Below the pieces are notes generated by a model, which saw only the letters and a list, made by a program, of their open reading frames with translations, did not search any database and was not told the origin of the DNA. From positions 324,484 through 388,483 of the forward strand of contig JADJGZ010000001.1 in assembly GCA_016707785.1 (NCBI GenBank): DNA of 64,000 nucleotides, given 5' to 3'. This document shows, in pieces, positions 50,456-60,595 of the stretch (positions within the stretch are counted from its first letter, which is position 1; each line of letters starts with the position of its first letter). A program made the position numbers and the translations under genes. This DNA is from Bacteroidales bacterium (GTDB taxonomy: Bacteria; Bacteroidota; Bacteroidia; Bacteroidales; UBA4417).

Positions 50456-50986
50456 ATGAGCAAATTAAACTTCCCCATCCAAGTTTTTAAGTTTTGTCCA
50501 AGGTGTGGATCTGCCCGGATAAAAGAGGCCAGTATAAGATCGATGAAGTGCCCGGATTGTGGGCTCGATTGGTATTTCAATATGGCAGCTGCAGTAGCTG
50601 GGCTAATTTTCAATGAAAAGGGTCAGCTCTTACTGACTATCAGGGCTAAAGATCCGGGAAAAGGATTGCTTGATCTTCCGGGAGGATTTGTGGATATGGG
50701 TGAAAATGCTGATCAGGCATTAAGAAGGGAAATCAAAGAAGAGCTTGACCTGGAAATCTCCACAATGGATTTTATGGGCTCTTATCCGAATCAGTATCTT
50801 TTCAGTGGAGTGATTTATGAAACCCTCGACCTGGTATTCAGGTGTAAAGTGGACAATTTTGACAATCTCTCAGCAGGGGATGATGTTGCCGGGTATATTT
50901 TCAAGAATCCCGACAAGATTGATATACAAGAAATTGGCTTACAATCCATTAAACAAATAATCCTAAAACTTCAATCGAAATCCTGA
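50456..50986 (+). CDS. NUDIX hydrolase with N-terminal zinc ribbon
   Basis: CPRCGS...CPDCG, then the Nudix box GGFVDMGENADQALRREIKEELDL. Confidence 0.85.
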   Translation: MSKLNFPIQVFKFCPRCGSARIKEASIRSMKCPDCGLDWYFNMAAAVAGLIFNEKGQLLLTIRAKDPGKGLLDLPGGFVDMGENADQALRREIKEELDLEISTMDFMGSYPNQYLFSGVIYETLDLVFRCKVDNFDNLSAGDDVAGYIFKNPDKIDIQEIGLQSIKQIILKLQSKS

Positions 50987-51032
50987 AGGGGATTGAGTTG
51001 CTTTTTCATTCTACTGAAGATGTTTAAAACGA

Positions 51033-52865
51033 TTAGTTAAATTCAACAATTTCAGGTTTTCCGGTTTCAAACTCTTTTAAACCGAAGTCTCTTGTGTTAA
51101 ATGTGTTCATTTTGATCACATTATTTCCCTGCGAGGGTATAACAGGATAATATGATAGTGATATCTGCAAGAAACTGGCATTCAGGAAATCGTTTTTGAT
51201 AAGCACTCCTATTCCAAGGTGCGTATAAATCTTACTGCCCCTGAAACTCCCATTGGCATCCGACATCATACCTAAACTACCAAGCAGGTATGGGCCAAAC
51301 CTGAAGCCGATGACACTCCATGGGGCATAGGATTGCGTCTGGAAGGTAAGGATACACTTAGCAGTGCTCATTTGTGCTTCCAGGTCAAATCCACTGCTTC
51401 CCATATAGGAATTAAAGGAAGTCGATTCCAATGGCAAACGATTGAAGCCCATTACGAATTCTGATTTTACAAACTGCCTGAATTTCCAATTTCCTATCTT
51501 CCTGAGTTTTGTGAAATAGGTACTTCCTGCAAGAAGGCTTCCCTCCTGCCGCTTGAGTCCGGTATAAAATGTACCTAGTTCGAACCTGAATGCCAGGTAG
51601 CCAAAATTGTAATAATCAGCCCAAAGACTTTTATACCCAAGGTAGTATGAAACCACTGAATTCCTGTTCCTGATCCCGGCCAATACGGTATATGACCTTC
51701 CAATCGGGATATCTTCGATGAAACCATACCGAAAGAGAAACCGGTCCTGAATATACTTCCTGGAATTAAGGCTTATACCAAGCAGATAAAGGGATTCATC
51801 AGCATATCTGAATGAAGTATCGATTGTTTCTGAAGGTTTTTCAAAGAATCGTTTTTTTATCCATCGGTTGGAAAGTATCAGATGTGTATTTCTTTCCACT
51901 TCGGATGTGCCCCGGAAAACAGGAATTGAATTTCCCACCCAATAGTCCTGAGTGTTAAAGCGATAATCCTGAAGGAATTTGCCTGAAGTCAGTAAAAGGG
52001 AATCCCTTCCGTATTTCTGCTCCAAAGAAAGTCCACCGGCCCATTGTGTATAGGTTGAATAAAATGGACGGTCGATATGAAGGTATTTATTATAACCCCC
52101 ATTTTCTGATTGAGAATACCGAAGCTGTGCACTTATAAAGGTATTATACACATTAGGTATCTGGTATCCAACATCATACCAGGTTCTGAATATATCGAGG
52201 TTTCTCATTTGTTCCACCCTGAGTTGGTGACCTGATCCCAGGAAATTCTGTTCTTTAAGCGAAAGAGATAGTTGATTCCCGGAAAGGGCTCCATCAGGAA
52301 CAATACTCCAGACATCCTGAATTTTGAGCAGGACATTAATGGAATCGTTTACTACTGCCAGCTCCATATATACCTCTCTGACATAAGACTGTTTACGCAG
52401 CAGTCGCAATGACTCCATAACTGACAAGGAATCGAAGGCCTGGTGCCGTCTGAAAAGGAGTAAGTTCTTTACAGCAAGAGGCAAAGTCTTCACATGCAAA
52501 TAATTACCGGTTTTAGCTACCCTATCTACAGGTTTTCCGGCAGAATCTGATACCCTGTAACCAAATGGATCCAATACTTCAACCCGGACTGAACGGATGA
52601 TTTTATTTTCACATTCCAGGTATGCTGGAGTTAGGCTACTGTTATCATGCCCTTCAATTCTATCCTGTAATTCAGCAGGGGCCGATTTAAAAAAAACAGG
52701 ATAGATCAATCTTGTCAATCCTCTTTTGTTCGAATAATTCTGAATCTTTCTATATACCCTGCTACTATCTTTCCAGTCGAAACCCACTGAATCCTGACCA
52801 GTTACCGAAAGGTGCATAATTAATGCACAAAGGAATGCGAGTATCCTTCCGGGTTTTATTATCAT
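51033..52865 (-). CDS. Omp85/BamA-like outer-membrane protein (tentative)
   Basis: 610-aa ORF with a signal peptide, a POTRA-like N-terminal region and a C-terminal two thirds with beta-barrel strand periodicity ending ...EIVEFN. It lies downstream of PorP/SprF. Confidence 0.45.
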   Translation of the reverse strand: MIIKPGRILAFLCALIMHLSVTGQDSVGFDWKDSSRVYRKIQNYSNKRGLTRLIYPVFFKSAPAELQDRIEGHDNSSLTPAYLECENKIIRSVRVEVLDPFGYRVSDSAGKPVDRVAKTGNYLHVKTLPLAVKNLLLFRRHQAFDSLSVMESLRLLRKQSYVREVYMELAVVNDSINVLLKIQDVWSIVPDGALSGNQLSLSLKEQNFLGSGHQLRVEQMRNLDIFRTWYDVGYQIPNVYNTFISAQLRYSQSENGGYNKYLHIDRPFYSTYTQWAGGLSLEQKYGRDSLLLTSGKFLQDYRFNTQDYWVGNSIPVFRGTSEVERNTHLILSNRWIKKRFFEKPSETIDTSFRYADESLYLLGISLNSRKYIQDRFLFRYGFIEDIPIGRSYTVLAGIRNRNSVVSYYLGYKSLWADYYNFGYLAFRFELGTFYTGLKRQEGSLLAGSTYFTKLRKIGNWKFRQFVKSEFVMGFNRLPLESTSFNSYMGSSGFDLEAQMSTAKCILTFQTQSYAPWSVIGFRFGPYLLGSLGMMSDANGSFRGSKIYTHLGIGVLIKNDFLNASFLQISLSYYPVIPSQGNNVIKMNTFNTRDFGLKEFETGKPEIVEFN

Positions 52866-53047
52866 TAGTGTGGTTCAGTGCTAAATCTAATTGTAAAGAT
52901 AGCTGATTTCAGGAAACAGGTTTTAATGAGAAGTCCTGAGAACTTTTACAATAAAATAAAGATAATAGGAATGGTATCTCTTTGATTCAATTTACACTGA
53001 GAAAACAGTAGAAAACCAGAAGTAATAAAGGAGTAAAAAGGCTGGGA

Positions 53048-54040
53048 TTAGAAGCTGGGACATTTCAGTTCCCTGATATGGAAATTTTTCTTAGGTGCAT
53101 TAAACAGGTATGTAACAGAGAATTCATGAGCTCCGCCTGATTGAACACCTAGCCTGGAAATAGTATAATCAAAACTGTAACCTAATTTGAATTGTTTTTG
53201 CTGGAATCCTAGTAATACGATGACAGCATCTGAAGTTTCAATATTGTTCCTGAACCAAAGGCCGCCTACAAAAGGATACATATTTACTGACATCCCTAAA
53301 TTCAGTTGATGGAATTTACCTTGTTGGAAGTAAACAACATTTGGTGAAAGGGAGAAATTACGAAGATCTTCTCCTTCCATACCCTGAACAAAATCGAACA
53401 ATGCACCGGCATGAATGGTGAGTCTGTAGTCCATTCTTAGGGTATTGTTTCCGTAAAATGACATTTCCGGCTTGTTAAGGTGATCAACAGCCAGACCAAA
53501 ATACAAGCTTTCTTTATATCCAGCCAAAAATCCTGCTGAAAGGTCGATATCACCATAATTAGGTCTGCTGGGTGCAGTTTCGGATGTTTGTTTAAGCACA
53601 CCGGTGTTAACATTGATTTGATCACCAAAAACGAACTTATCCCAATTTAAGCGGTACTGGGTATAACCAACCTTGAAAGCTGCATTGAAAACAAGACTTC
53701 TGGATGCTTGCAAGCGATAGGAATAAATTCCGCTTCCGCTGAAAATATTATAAGCTCCACCTGCAGCCACTGTTGAGGTAGCCATCAAACCAACACCACC
53801 TGAAACAGATTCAAGGTGATCATCATAAGTAGCACTATAGGTAACATAGCCATCACTAATGGTAGGCCATTGATTGCGAAAGTTAAGGGTAAGACGCGGA
53901 CAAAGTTTTGCTCCTGCAAGAGCTGGATTCAAATAAAGAGGATTGGCATAAAACTGGGAAAACGCAACATCCTGACTAAAAGACCTTATTGAGGCAGCCA
54001 GAAGTATGAAAAGAAAAAAGATGTTCGTTTTTGATTGCAT
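53048..54040 (-). CDS. PorP/SprF-family type IX secretion system membrane protein
   Basis: 330-aa ORF with a signal peptide, then the hallmark FSQFYANPLYLNPALAG. It lies downstream of a gene with a type-B sorting domain. Confidence 0.9.
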   Translation of the reverse strand: MQSKTNIFFLFILLAASIRSFSQDVAFSQFYANPLYLNPALAGAKLCPRLTLNFRNQWPTISDGYVTYSATYDDHLESVSGGVGLMATSTVAAGGAYNIFSGSGIYSYRLQASRSLVFNAAFKVGYTQYRLNWDKFVFGDQINVNTGVLKQTSETAPSRPNYGDIDLSAGFLAGYKESLYFGLAVDHLNKPEMSFYGNNTLRMDYRLTIHAGALFDFVQGMEGEDLRNFSLSPNVVYFQQGKFHQLNLGMSVNMYPFVGGLWFRNNIETSDAVIVLLGFQQKQFKLGYSFDYTISRLGVQSGGAHEFSVTYLFNAPKKNFHIRELKCPSF

Positions 54041-54417
54041 TGTAAGAGTAGTAGTAATGTAGTGAAACTAGCTAAGCAGTAGTAAAAGCAGTAGGACTCT
54101 TGGGTTGCAACCTTAGCCGGATTGGAATAAACTTATTCTTCTTCAGGCTTATACAAAGATAATGAACTTTTTATGAAAACCTTTAAACTATTTGATTCTT
54201 ATTAAAAAGTCTATCTTGTGTAGGTGCGATTAGCATATTTCAATTCTTATGCCAAAATTTACAAACACCTGTATTTCAATATAATATATAATATATTGAT
54301 AATAACTTCACCTTTTCAGGAATCTATACTTATTACAAATAGTACAATTTTGGGACATTTTCCCAAAATATCTAACCCTCTTAAGACAAAAGAGAGTTTC
54401 ATAAAAAAGCTAAAGGA

Positions 54418-57400
54418 TTATTTCATGAGCATCACAACACCGCGGAGTGGCGATTCCTGTTCCATTTGATAATATGGTGGAACACTAAAGTAAACCAACC
54501 AGGTATAAAGGTCAGTCTGACAAGGTTGGCCATTAAAGGTTCCATCCCATCCCTGTTTGATATCATCAGATTCAAATATCTGTTGTCCCCATTTATTAAA
54601 GACAATCATCTTGTATGTAAATTCAATATCCAGATTTGTATAAGCAAGGAAAACATCATTCAATCCATCGCCATTAGGTGTGAAAGCACTCGGTACTTCG
54701 ATTCTTGATAGCTGCCGGCTACCTACACTAATCCAGGCAGTATCATCGGTCATGCAGCCATTTTTGTCGATAATAAAAATGGAATAGAATCCCTGGTCTG
54801 ACTCCCTGACATGATCAATTGTCAGAGAATTGCCATGAGTAGTAGCATTACCCGGACTCTTCCAAGAAATGTCCACAGGGTTACCGGTCCAGATCATTCC
54901 CAATGAGTTCCAGTGGATCACCGGCTTCCAGCATCTTATCCCCAATAATCTCAACAGTAGCAGGTCTTATAACATTCACCTGTCCAGCCTCAAACTGAAC
55001 ATTGATCTGGTGATGATCCTGATTAAAGAAGATGTTATATCCTGGTATTGAATCATCAAGATCCACATGACATTTTCCAGGTTCATTGGTTTTGAAAATA
55101 AGCCTGATCAGTTGTCCACTATCAGCAATGGAAGCAGGAGTGCTTTGAGTCCACTGAATGGAAACCCTGCCACTCAATGAATCGGCTTTTACTGACAAGG
55201 CATCTTTAATGTCAGGATCAGCATAGTTGAATCCTTCACAATTCATGATTTCCGGATCATATTTCAGATTCAGTCCGAAGGAAACAATGTCCTTGAAACC
55301 ATATACCATAATGGGTAATTCGACATAATCTCCGAGACAGGCTGCCACATCTTCTGCCATTAGCTTCCCGGCATCAGGAACATTTATTGTTACTTCATCC
55401 GTACAGAAATTTGAATCCACCACGGTAAAGGTTTGGACACCCGGAGATACAAAGAACTGGCCAGTTCCAACATATGGTGGCAATCCGCCATTTGCAGTAA
55501 CAGTTATCTCTGCAGAGCCGCCAATGAGTTGAACGGCTGTGGTAATTTCAGCAATGGCTTCCAGGCGTTCAGGTTCCAGAATCCGGAAAAGAGTATCGAT
55601 CTCACAACCTGCATGATCAATTAGATGGAGTTGGTACCAGCCTGCACCCAGGCTATCTATTCCATTATTACCTTCGATGCCATTCCAACTGTACTCGTAA
55701 GGTGCAATACCTCCTGAAACAGCTAATTGAATCGAACCTGCCTTATCACCGAAGCATAAATTATGTGTTAATGCAGCCTGGAAAATAAGCAATGAATCCG
55801 GCTGTGTCAGAACGATTGAATCTGTATCAATGCAGCCATTGATATCAGAAACTACAACAATATAGGTAGAAGCTACCAAACCGACAGCGCGGGCAGTATG
55901 CTGATTTGCCGGATCATTCCATGAATAGGTAATTGGTGCAACTCCACCTTCAACAATAGCTTCTGCATAACCATCATTCCCTCCATGACAACTTATTCCT
56001 GAAGTTTTCATTTCAGTGATCCGTGGTCCTGCAAGATCTTGTATTACAATTGGTTCATGATCCCGGAATTCACAGTAGGAATCTTTGATCCAGAGCTGGT
56101 AAGTTCCCGGATCCAAGTTGAGGAATGCACTGTCAGATGTCCAACTAACTCCATTGTCGATGCTGAACTGCAGGGTTCCGGTTCCGGTGGCTGAGATTTG
56201 GATGCTGCCGTTCGATTGTCCGCAGGTGGCATCAGTTGCAGTGACGGCCAGAATCTGCGGGCCACCCAGGCTGTTGATGATTACAGGGTTATTCAGATAA
56301 GGTGTTTCACAGAAATCATCCTTTACCTTAATAGTATAGGTTCCGGCTGATAAATTCGTAAACAGGCTGTCGGATGACCAGCTTGTTCCATTGTCGATGC
56401 TGAACTGCAGGGTTCCGGTTCCGGTGGCTGAGATTTGGATACTGCCGTTTGATTGTCCGCAGGTGGCATCAGTAGCAGTGACGGCCAGAATCTGCGGGCC
56501 ACCCAGGCTGTTGATGATTACCGGGTTATTCAGGTAAGGTGTTTCACAGAAGTCATCCTTTACTTTTATATTATAGGTACCGGCTGACAGATTCGTAAAC
56601 AGGCTGTCGGATGACCAGCTTGTTCCATTGTCGATGCTGAACTGCAGGGTTCCGGTTCCGGTGGCAGAGATATGGATGCTGCCGTTCGATTGTCCGCAGG
56701 TGGCATCAGTAGCAGTGACGGCCAGAATCTGCGGGCCACCCAGGCTGTTGATGATTACCGGGTTATTCAGGTATGGTGTTTCGCAGAAGTCATCCTTTAC
56801 CTTAATAGTATAGGTACCGGCTGATAGATTCGTAAACAGGCTGTCGGATGACCAGCTTGTTCCATTGTCGATGCTGAACTGCAGGGTTCCGGTTCCGGTG
56901 GCAGAGATATGGATACTGCCGTTCGATTGTCCGCAGGTGGCATCAGTAGCAGTGACGGCCAGAATCTGCGGGCCACCCAGGCTGTTGATGATTACAGGGT
57001 TATTCAGGTAAGGTGTTTCGCAGAAATCATCTTTTACCTTAATAGTATAGGAGCCGGCTGACAGATTCGTAAACAGGCTGTCGGATGACCAGCTTGTTCC
57101 ATTGTCGATGCTGAACTGCAGGGTTCCGGTTCCGGTGGCGCTGATCTTGATACTTCCGTTTGATTGTCCGCAGGTGGCATCAGTAGCAGTGACGGCCAGA
57201 ATCTGCGGGCCACCCAGGCTATTGATAATGACAGGGTTATTCAGATAAGGTGTTTCGCAGAAGTCATCCTTTACCTTAATAGTATAGGTACCGGCTGACA
57301 GATTCGTAAACAGGCTGTCGGATGACCAGCTTGTTCCATTGTCGATGCTGAACTGCAGGGTTCCGGTTCCGGTGGCTGAGATTTGGATACTGCCGTTCGA

Positions 57401-58977
57401 TTGTCCGCAAGTTGCATCTGTAGCATTGACGGCCAGAATCTGCGGGCCACCCAGGCTGTTGATGATTACCGGGTTATTCAGATATGGTGTTTCGCAGAAG
57501 TCATCCTTTACCTTAATAGTATAGGTGCCGGCTGATAAATTCGTAAACAGGCTGTCGGATGACCAGCTTGTTCCATTGTCGATGCTGAACTGCAGGGTTC
57601 CGGTTCCGGTGGCGAGATTTGGATGCTGCCGTTCGATTGTCCGCAGGTGGCATCAGTAGCAGTGACGGCCAGAATCTGCGGGCCACCCAGGCTGTTGATA
57701 ATTACAGGGTTATTCAGATAAGGTGTTTCGCAGAAGTCATCCTTTACCTTAATAGTGTAGCTTCCGGCTGATAAATTCGTAAACAGGCTGTCGGATGACC
57801 AGCTTGTTCCATTGTCGATGCTGAACTGCAGGGTTCCGGTTCCGGTGGCAGAGATTTGGATACTGCCGTTTGATTGTCCGCAGGTGGCATCAGTAGCAGT
57901 GACGGCCAGAATCTGCGGGCCACCCAGGCTGTTGATGATTACCGGGTTATTCAGGTAAGGCGTTTCGCAGAAGTCATCCTTTACCTTAATAGTATAGGTG
58001 CCGGCTGATAGATTCGTAAACAGGCTGTCGGATGACCAGCTTGTTCCATTGTCGATGCTGAACTGCAGGGTTCCGGTTCCGGTGGCTGAGATTTGGATAC
58101 TGCCGTTCGATTGTCCGCAGGTGGCATCAGTTGCAGTGACGGCCAGAATCTGCGGGCCACCCAGGCTGTTGATGATTACCGGGTTATTCAGGTAAGGTGT
58201 TTCGCAGAAGTCATCCTTTACCTTTATATTATAGGTACCGGCTGACAGATTCGTAAACAGGCTGTCGGTTGACCAGCTTGTTCCATTGTCGATGCTGAAC
58301 TGCAGGGTTCCGGTTCCGGTGGCTGAGATTTGGATGCTGCCGTTTGATTGTCCGCAGGTGGCATCTATTGCCTGAACGGATAAGATTGAAAGATTATCGA
58401 TAGTAACTTCCAGTGATGAAGTTGAGGGGATACATGCGTTAGAGTTCCCATTGCCATAGGCTGTTAGTGTAAGAATGACTGTTCCTTGAAGTATATCATC
58501 CGGACCAGCAAAATATTCGGGATTAAGCAGGCTTGAATCACTGAAATAGCCGTCTCCATTGCTACTCCAGACTAAATAACTGTAATCGGATGCCTGGGCA
58601 CCGGTAACAGAAACCTGTAAAGTATTGCACAATATGAATCCAGGGCCTGCATCAGCAAAAGGCTGAGCAAATACTTCAATAGTACCTAATTCCATGACTG
58701 CATCACAATCATTTGCTGAATGTTGTATGCAAGAAAGCTGATAAAGTCCTGCAGTGACATTCCATTCAATTTCAACTGTGTCGGCGGTACTTAGAAGTAT
58801 ATTTTGAGTGCCTGAAGGATCTTCGATCTTCCAGGTATAAGTTGCATTTGGTTCACCATCGATCCTGTAATGGCGAACGGCTCCAATACATACCTTGTCG
58901 ATACTATACTGGCTGAATGATTGGAGTCCAATCACCAACAGTATAGCGAACAATATGTATCTGAGCACTTTATGCAT
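54418..58977 (-). pseudogene. Giant repeat adhesin (about 1520 aa) with T9SS type-B sorting domain, interrupted by two frameshifts as assembled
   Basis: Three collinear reading-frame pieces: 58977-57508 (signal peptide plus repeats), a Met-free open frame continuing into 56116-54881, and 54954-54418. It contains SprB-type Cys repeats (CHGGNDGYAEAIVEGG, CFGDKAGSIQLAVSGG) and a cohesin-like segment. The C-terminal type-B domain reads VPSAFTPNGDGLNDVF...WGQQIFES...GWDG. Confidence 0.8.
56151..58380 (-). repeat. Tandem array of ten 237-bp (79-aa) near-identical coding repeats
   Basis: The anchor ccattgtcgatgctgaactgcagg recurs at 56151, 56388, 56625, 56862, 57099, 57336, 57573, 57809, 58046 and 58283. 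Confidence 0.95.
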
Positions 58978-58982
58978 TTCTA

Positions 58983-59639
58983 TCAGTATTGATATATATG
59001 TGAACTCACAGGGCGAGGTTTAACCATAAGTTCGACCGGCAGTGTGGGTACGTTATTGGTTCCGTTAGCATCACTTACTTCAAGTACCTGGTAAGATGTT
59101 GTTACCGAAGGATTCAAAGGAATGATGAAAGGGCTGGAAGTTATATCAGAGTATGTTTGAGATGTGGTTCCATCGAACAGCGTCACAGACCAGGGGCCTT
59201 CGCCGGTTAACTGGATATTAAGTGCAGAGGTATCTCCTGTACAGATGGGTTCAGGTTGTGCAATAACTGCAGTTGGAAGAGATTCAAGTACTGTCATTTT
59301 ACCCACTTTCAGGTTCATTGTACATCCGGCCCGTGAGGCAGTTACTTTGTAGAAGTATGTACCCGGAATGAGCCAGGTAACACTTACATCAGGGCCAGTT
59401 GAGACACCATTTAAGAAGAAAGCTTCAGAATTCGGACAATTTCCGGGAGTATTGGCGAGGTTAATTCCATCGACCTCATTATAGAGTTCCCAGGAATAGG
59501 TATCACCTGGAACGGCAATCACAGAAAGGTTATAAGTCTGACCAGCTGACACAGATACCTGGGCCATGGCAGAAGCCATAGTCATTACCAGTATTCCTAC
59601 CAGTAATAATCGGTACCCTATGTGTTTAAACTGTGTCAT
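58983..59639 (-). CDS. Secreted two-module Ig-like protein (adhesin-locus accessory)
   Basis: 218-aa ORF with a signal peptide ending AMAQ. The module pattern (DTYSWELY...VSVTW..PGTYFYKV...GC) is shared with the N-terminus of the adhesin. Its stop lies 5 nt before the adhesin ATG. Confidence 0.6.
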   Translation of the reverse strand: MTQFKHIGYRLLLVGILVMTMASAMAQVSVSAGQTYNLSVIAVPGDTYSWELYNEVDGINLANTPGNCPNSEAFFLNGVSTGPDVSVTWLIPGTYFYKVTASRAGCTMNLKVGKMTVLESLPTAVIAQPEPICTGDTSALNIQLTGEGPWSVTLFDGTTSQTYSDITSSPFIIPLNPSVTTSYQVLEVSDANGTNNVPTLPVELMVKPRPVSSHIYQY

Positions 59640-59760
59640 TCAGACGAGTAACTGTTATTTTTTTTCGTGAAAAAGTACTTTCGAGCAGCCAGGATAGTTT
59701 TCTGACATTTCTACTTCTTTTTTTTACATTTTATCACCTATTCACATTATTATCAAGCAT

Positions 59761-60120
59761 TTAATTCCAGGTTAAGTAGGACCCAAGAGGGCATACCTCT
59801 CCCATTACCGGTCTTAAGGGCCGGTTTCCTGCCATCTTTTTTCGCCATCGGAACCTGATTTTTCGCCAGATTTGACTGAATATCAGATCATGATGTTCAG
59901 GGAGAATTCTGCGATTATTCCGTTTGAATACAGCAATGATTGTGGCATCCCTGGGCATTGGACCGGAACTTTGCCTGAGCTTAATTGCCCTATAAGAGGC
60001 AAATGTTCCATCTCTTGCATGGGTTATGCTACTATCAGCTCCAATTCCATCCCTTGCATGCCTCGTTAAGATCTGGCCATGACCAGGGAGTGGACCATGT
60101 TTATTATAGAATCTATTCAT
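59761..60120 (-). other. Doubtful 119-aa ORF in a 956-bp gap (possible decayed gene)
   Basis: Arg/His/Gly-rich, uses AGG, CGG and CGA codons, and is visibly GC-richer than its neighbours. I see no recognisable family and no convincing ribosome-binding context. Confidence 0.2.
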
Positions 60121-60595
60121 TTGACTTCAATTGAGTCAGATTTGAATCATTCAATCGCAATACTAGTGTACATCACAGGATATGATTATACAATGCATGA
60201 AGCTCATCTTCATCCTACATCAGTTATAATGATCGGATGAATACCAGTTCCAATAAATACAATAAGGCCCCTACCCTTTTCAAGAAAGAGAAGCTGCCAT
60301 TGCACTCATGTTATGGTGCATGATTCATGATGTCATGATTGCATATTTCAGATCATATCTTTCAGAAATGTTTCTTCCAGGATCGTCTCCTGAATTTGAA
60401 GTTCTTACAGAAAGTGCATCAAATCGACCAGGAAATGCCTGTATTTTTCCTGAGCCACAAGGCTCACATGGCATCTGCCGGTTTTATATCCGCTCATTCT
60501 ATTTGTTTCTCATACTACCTCTCCTTTAACCTGCCATTCAACTGCAGGTAAAAGGAGTCATTAGTATGAAAAAGCAACAAGGTATGATCATGCCG

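Noticed and set aside
54224-54469. 81-aa plus-strand ORF between PorP/SprF and the adhesin stop.
   Set aside because: It is AT-rich low-complexity sequence and runs into the 3' end of the adhesin gene on the opposite strand.
56118-58195. Plus-strand ORFs of 60-65 aa recurring in the repeat array (MSMLNCRVPVPVAEIW..., 56118, 56628, 57339, 57998).
   Set aside because: They are antisense to the in-frame 79-aa repeat. They recur only because the DNA repeats, and they have no independent start context. They are artefacts.
56040-58380. Regular repeat array considered as a CRISPR locus.
   Set aside because: The period is 237 bp with no unique spacers. The whole unit is conserved and translates in frame as part of a secreted protein. 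No cas genes are nearby.
59761-60470. Relic of an IS200/IS605-type (Y1/HUH, RayT-like) transposase. Fragments such as CHVSLVAQEKYRHFL, NMVHSLVMA, LIGQLSSGK and KRWQETG vaguely recall TnpA motifs.
   Set aside because: The motifs sit in three different frames. Their spacing is much longer than in real TnpA proteins, and the HUH histidines are not intact. The resemblance is too weak to claim without a database search.
60308-60551. Plus-strand ORFs of 73 and 70 aa in the adhesin-locus gap.
   Set aside because: They overlap each other, are Phe/Ser/Leu-rich with no motifs, and run opposite to all surrounding genes.
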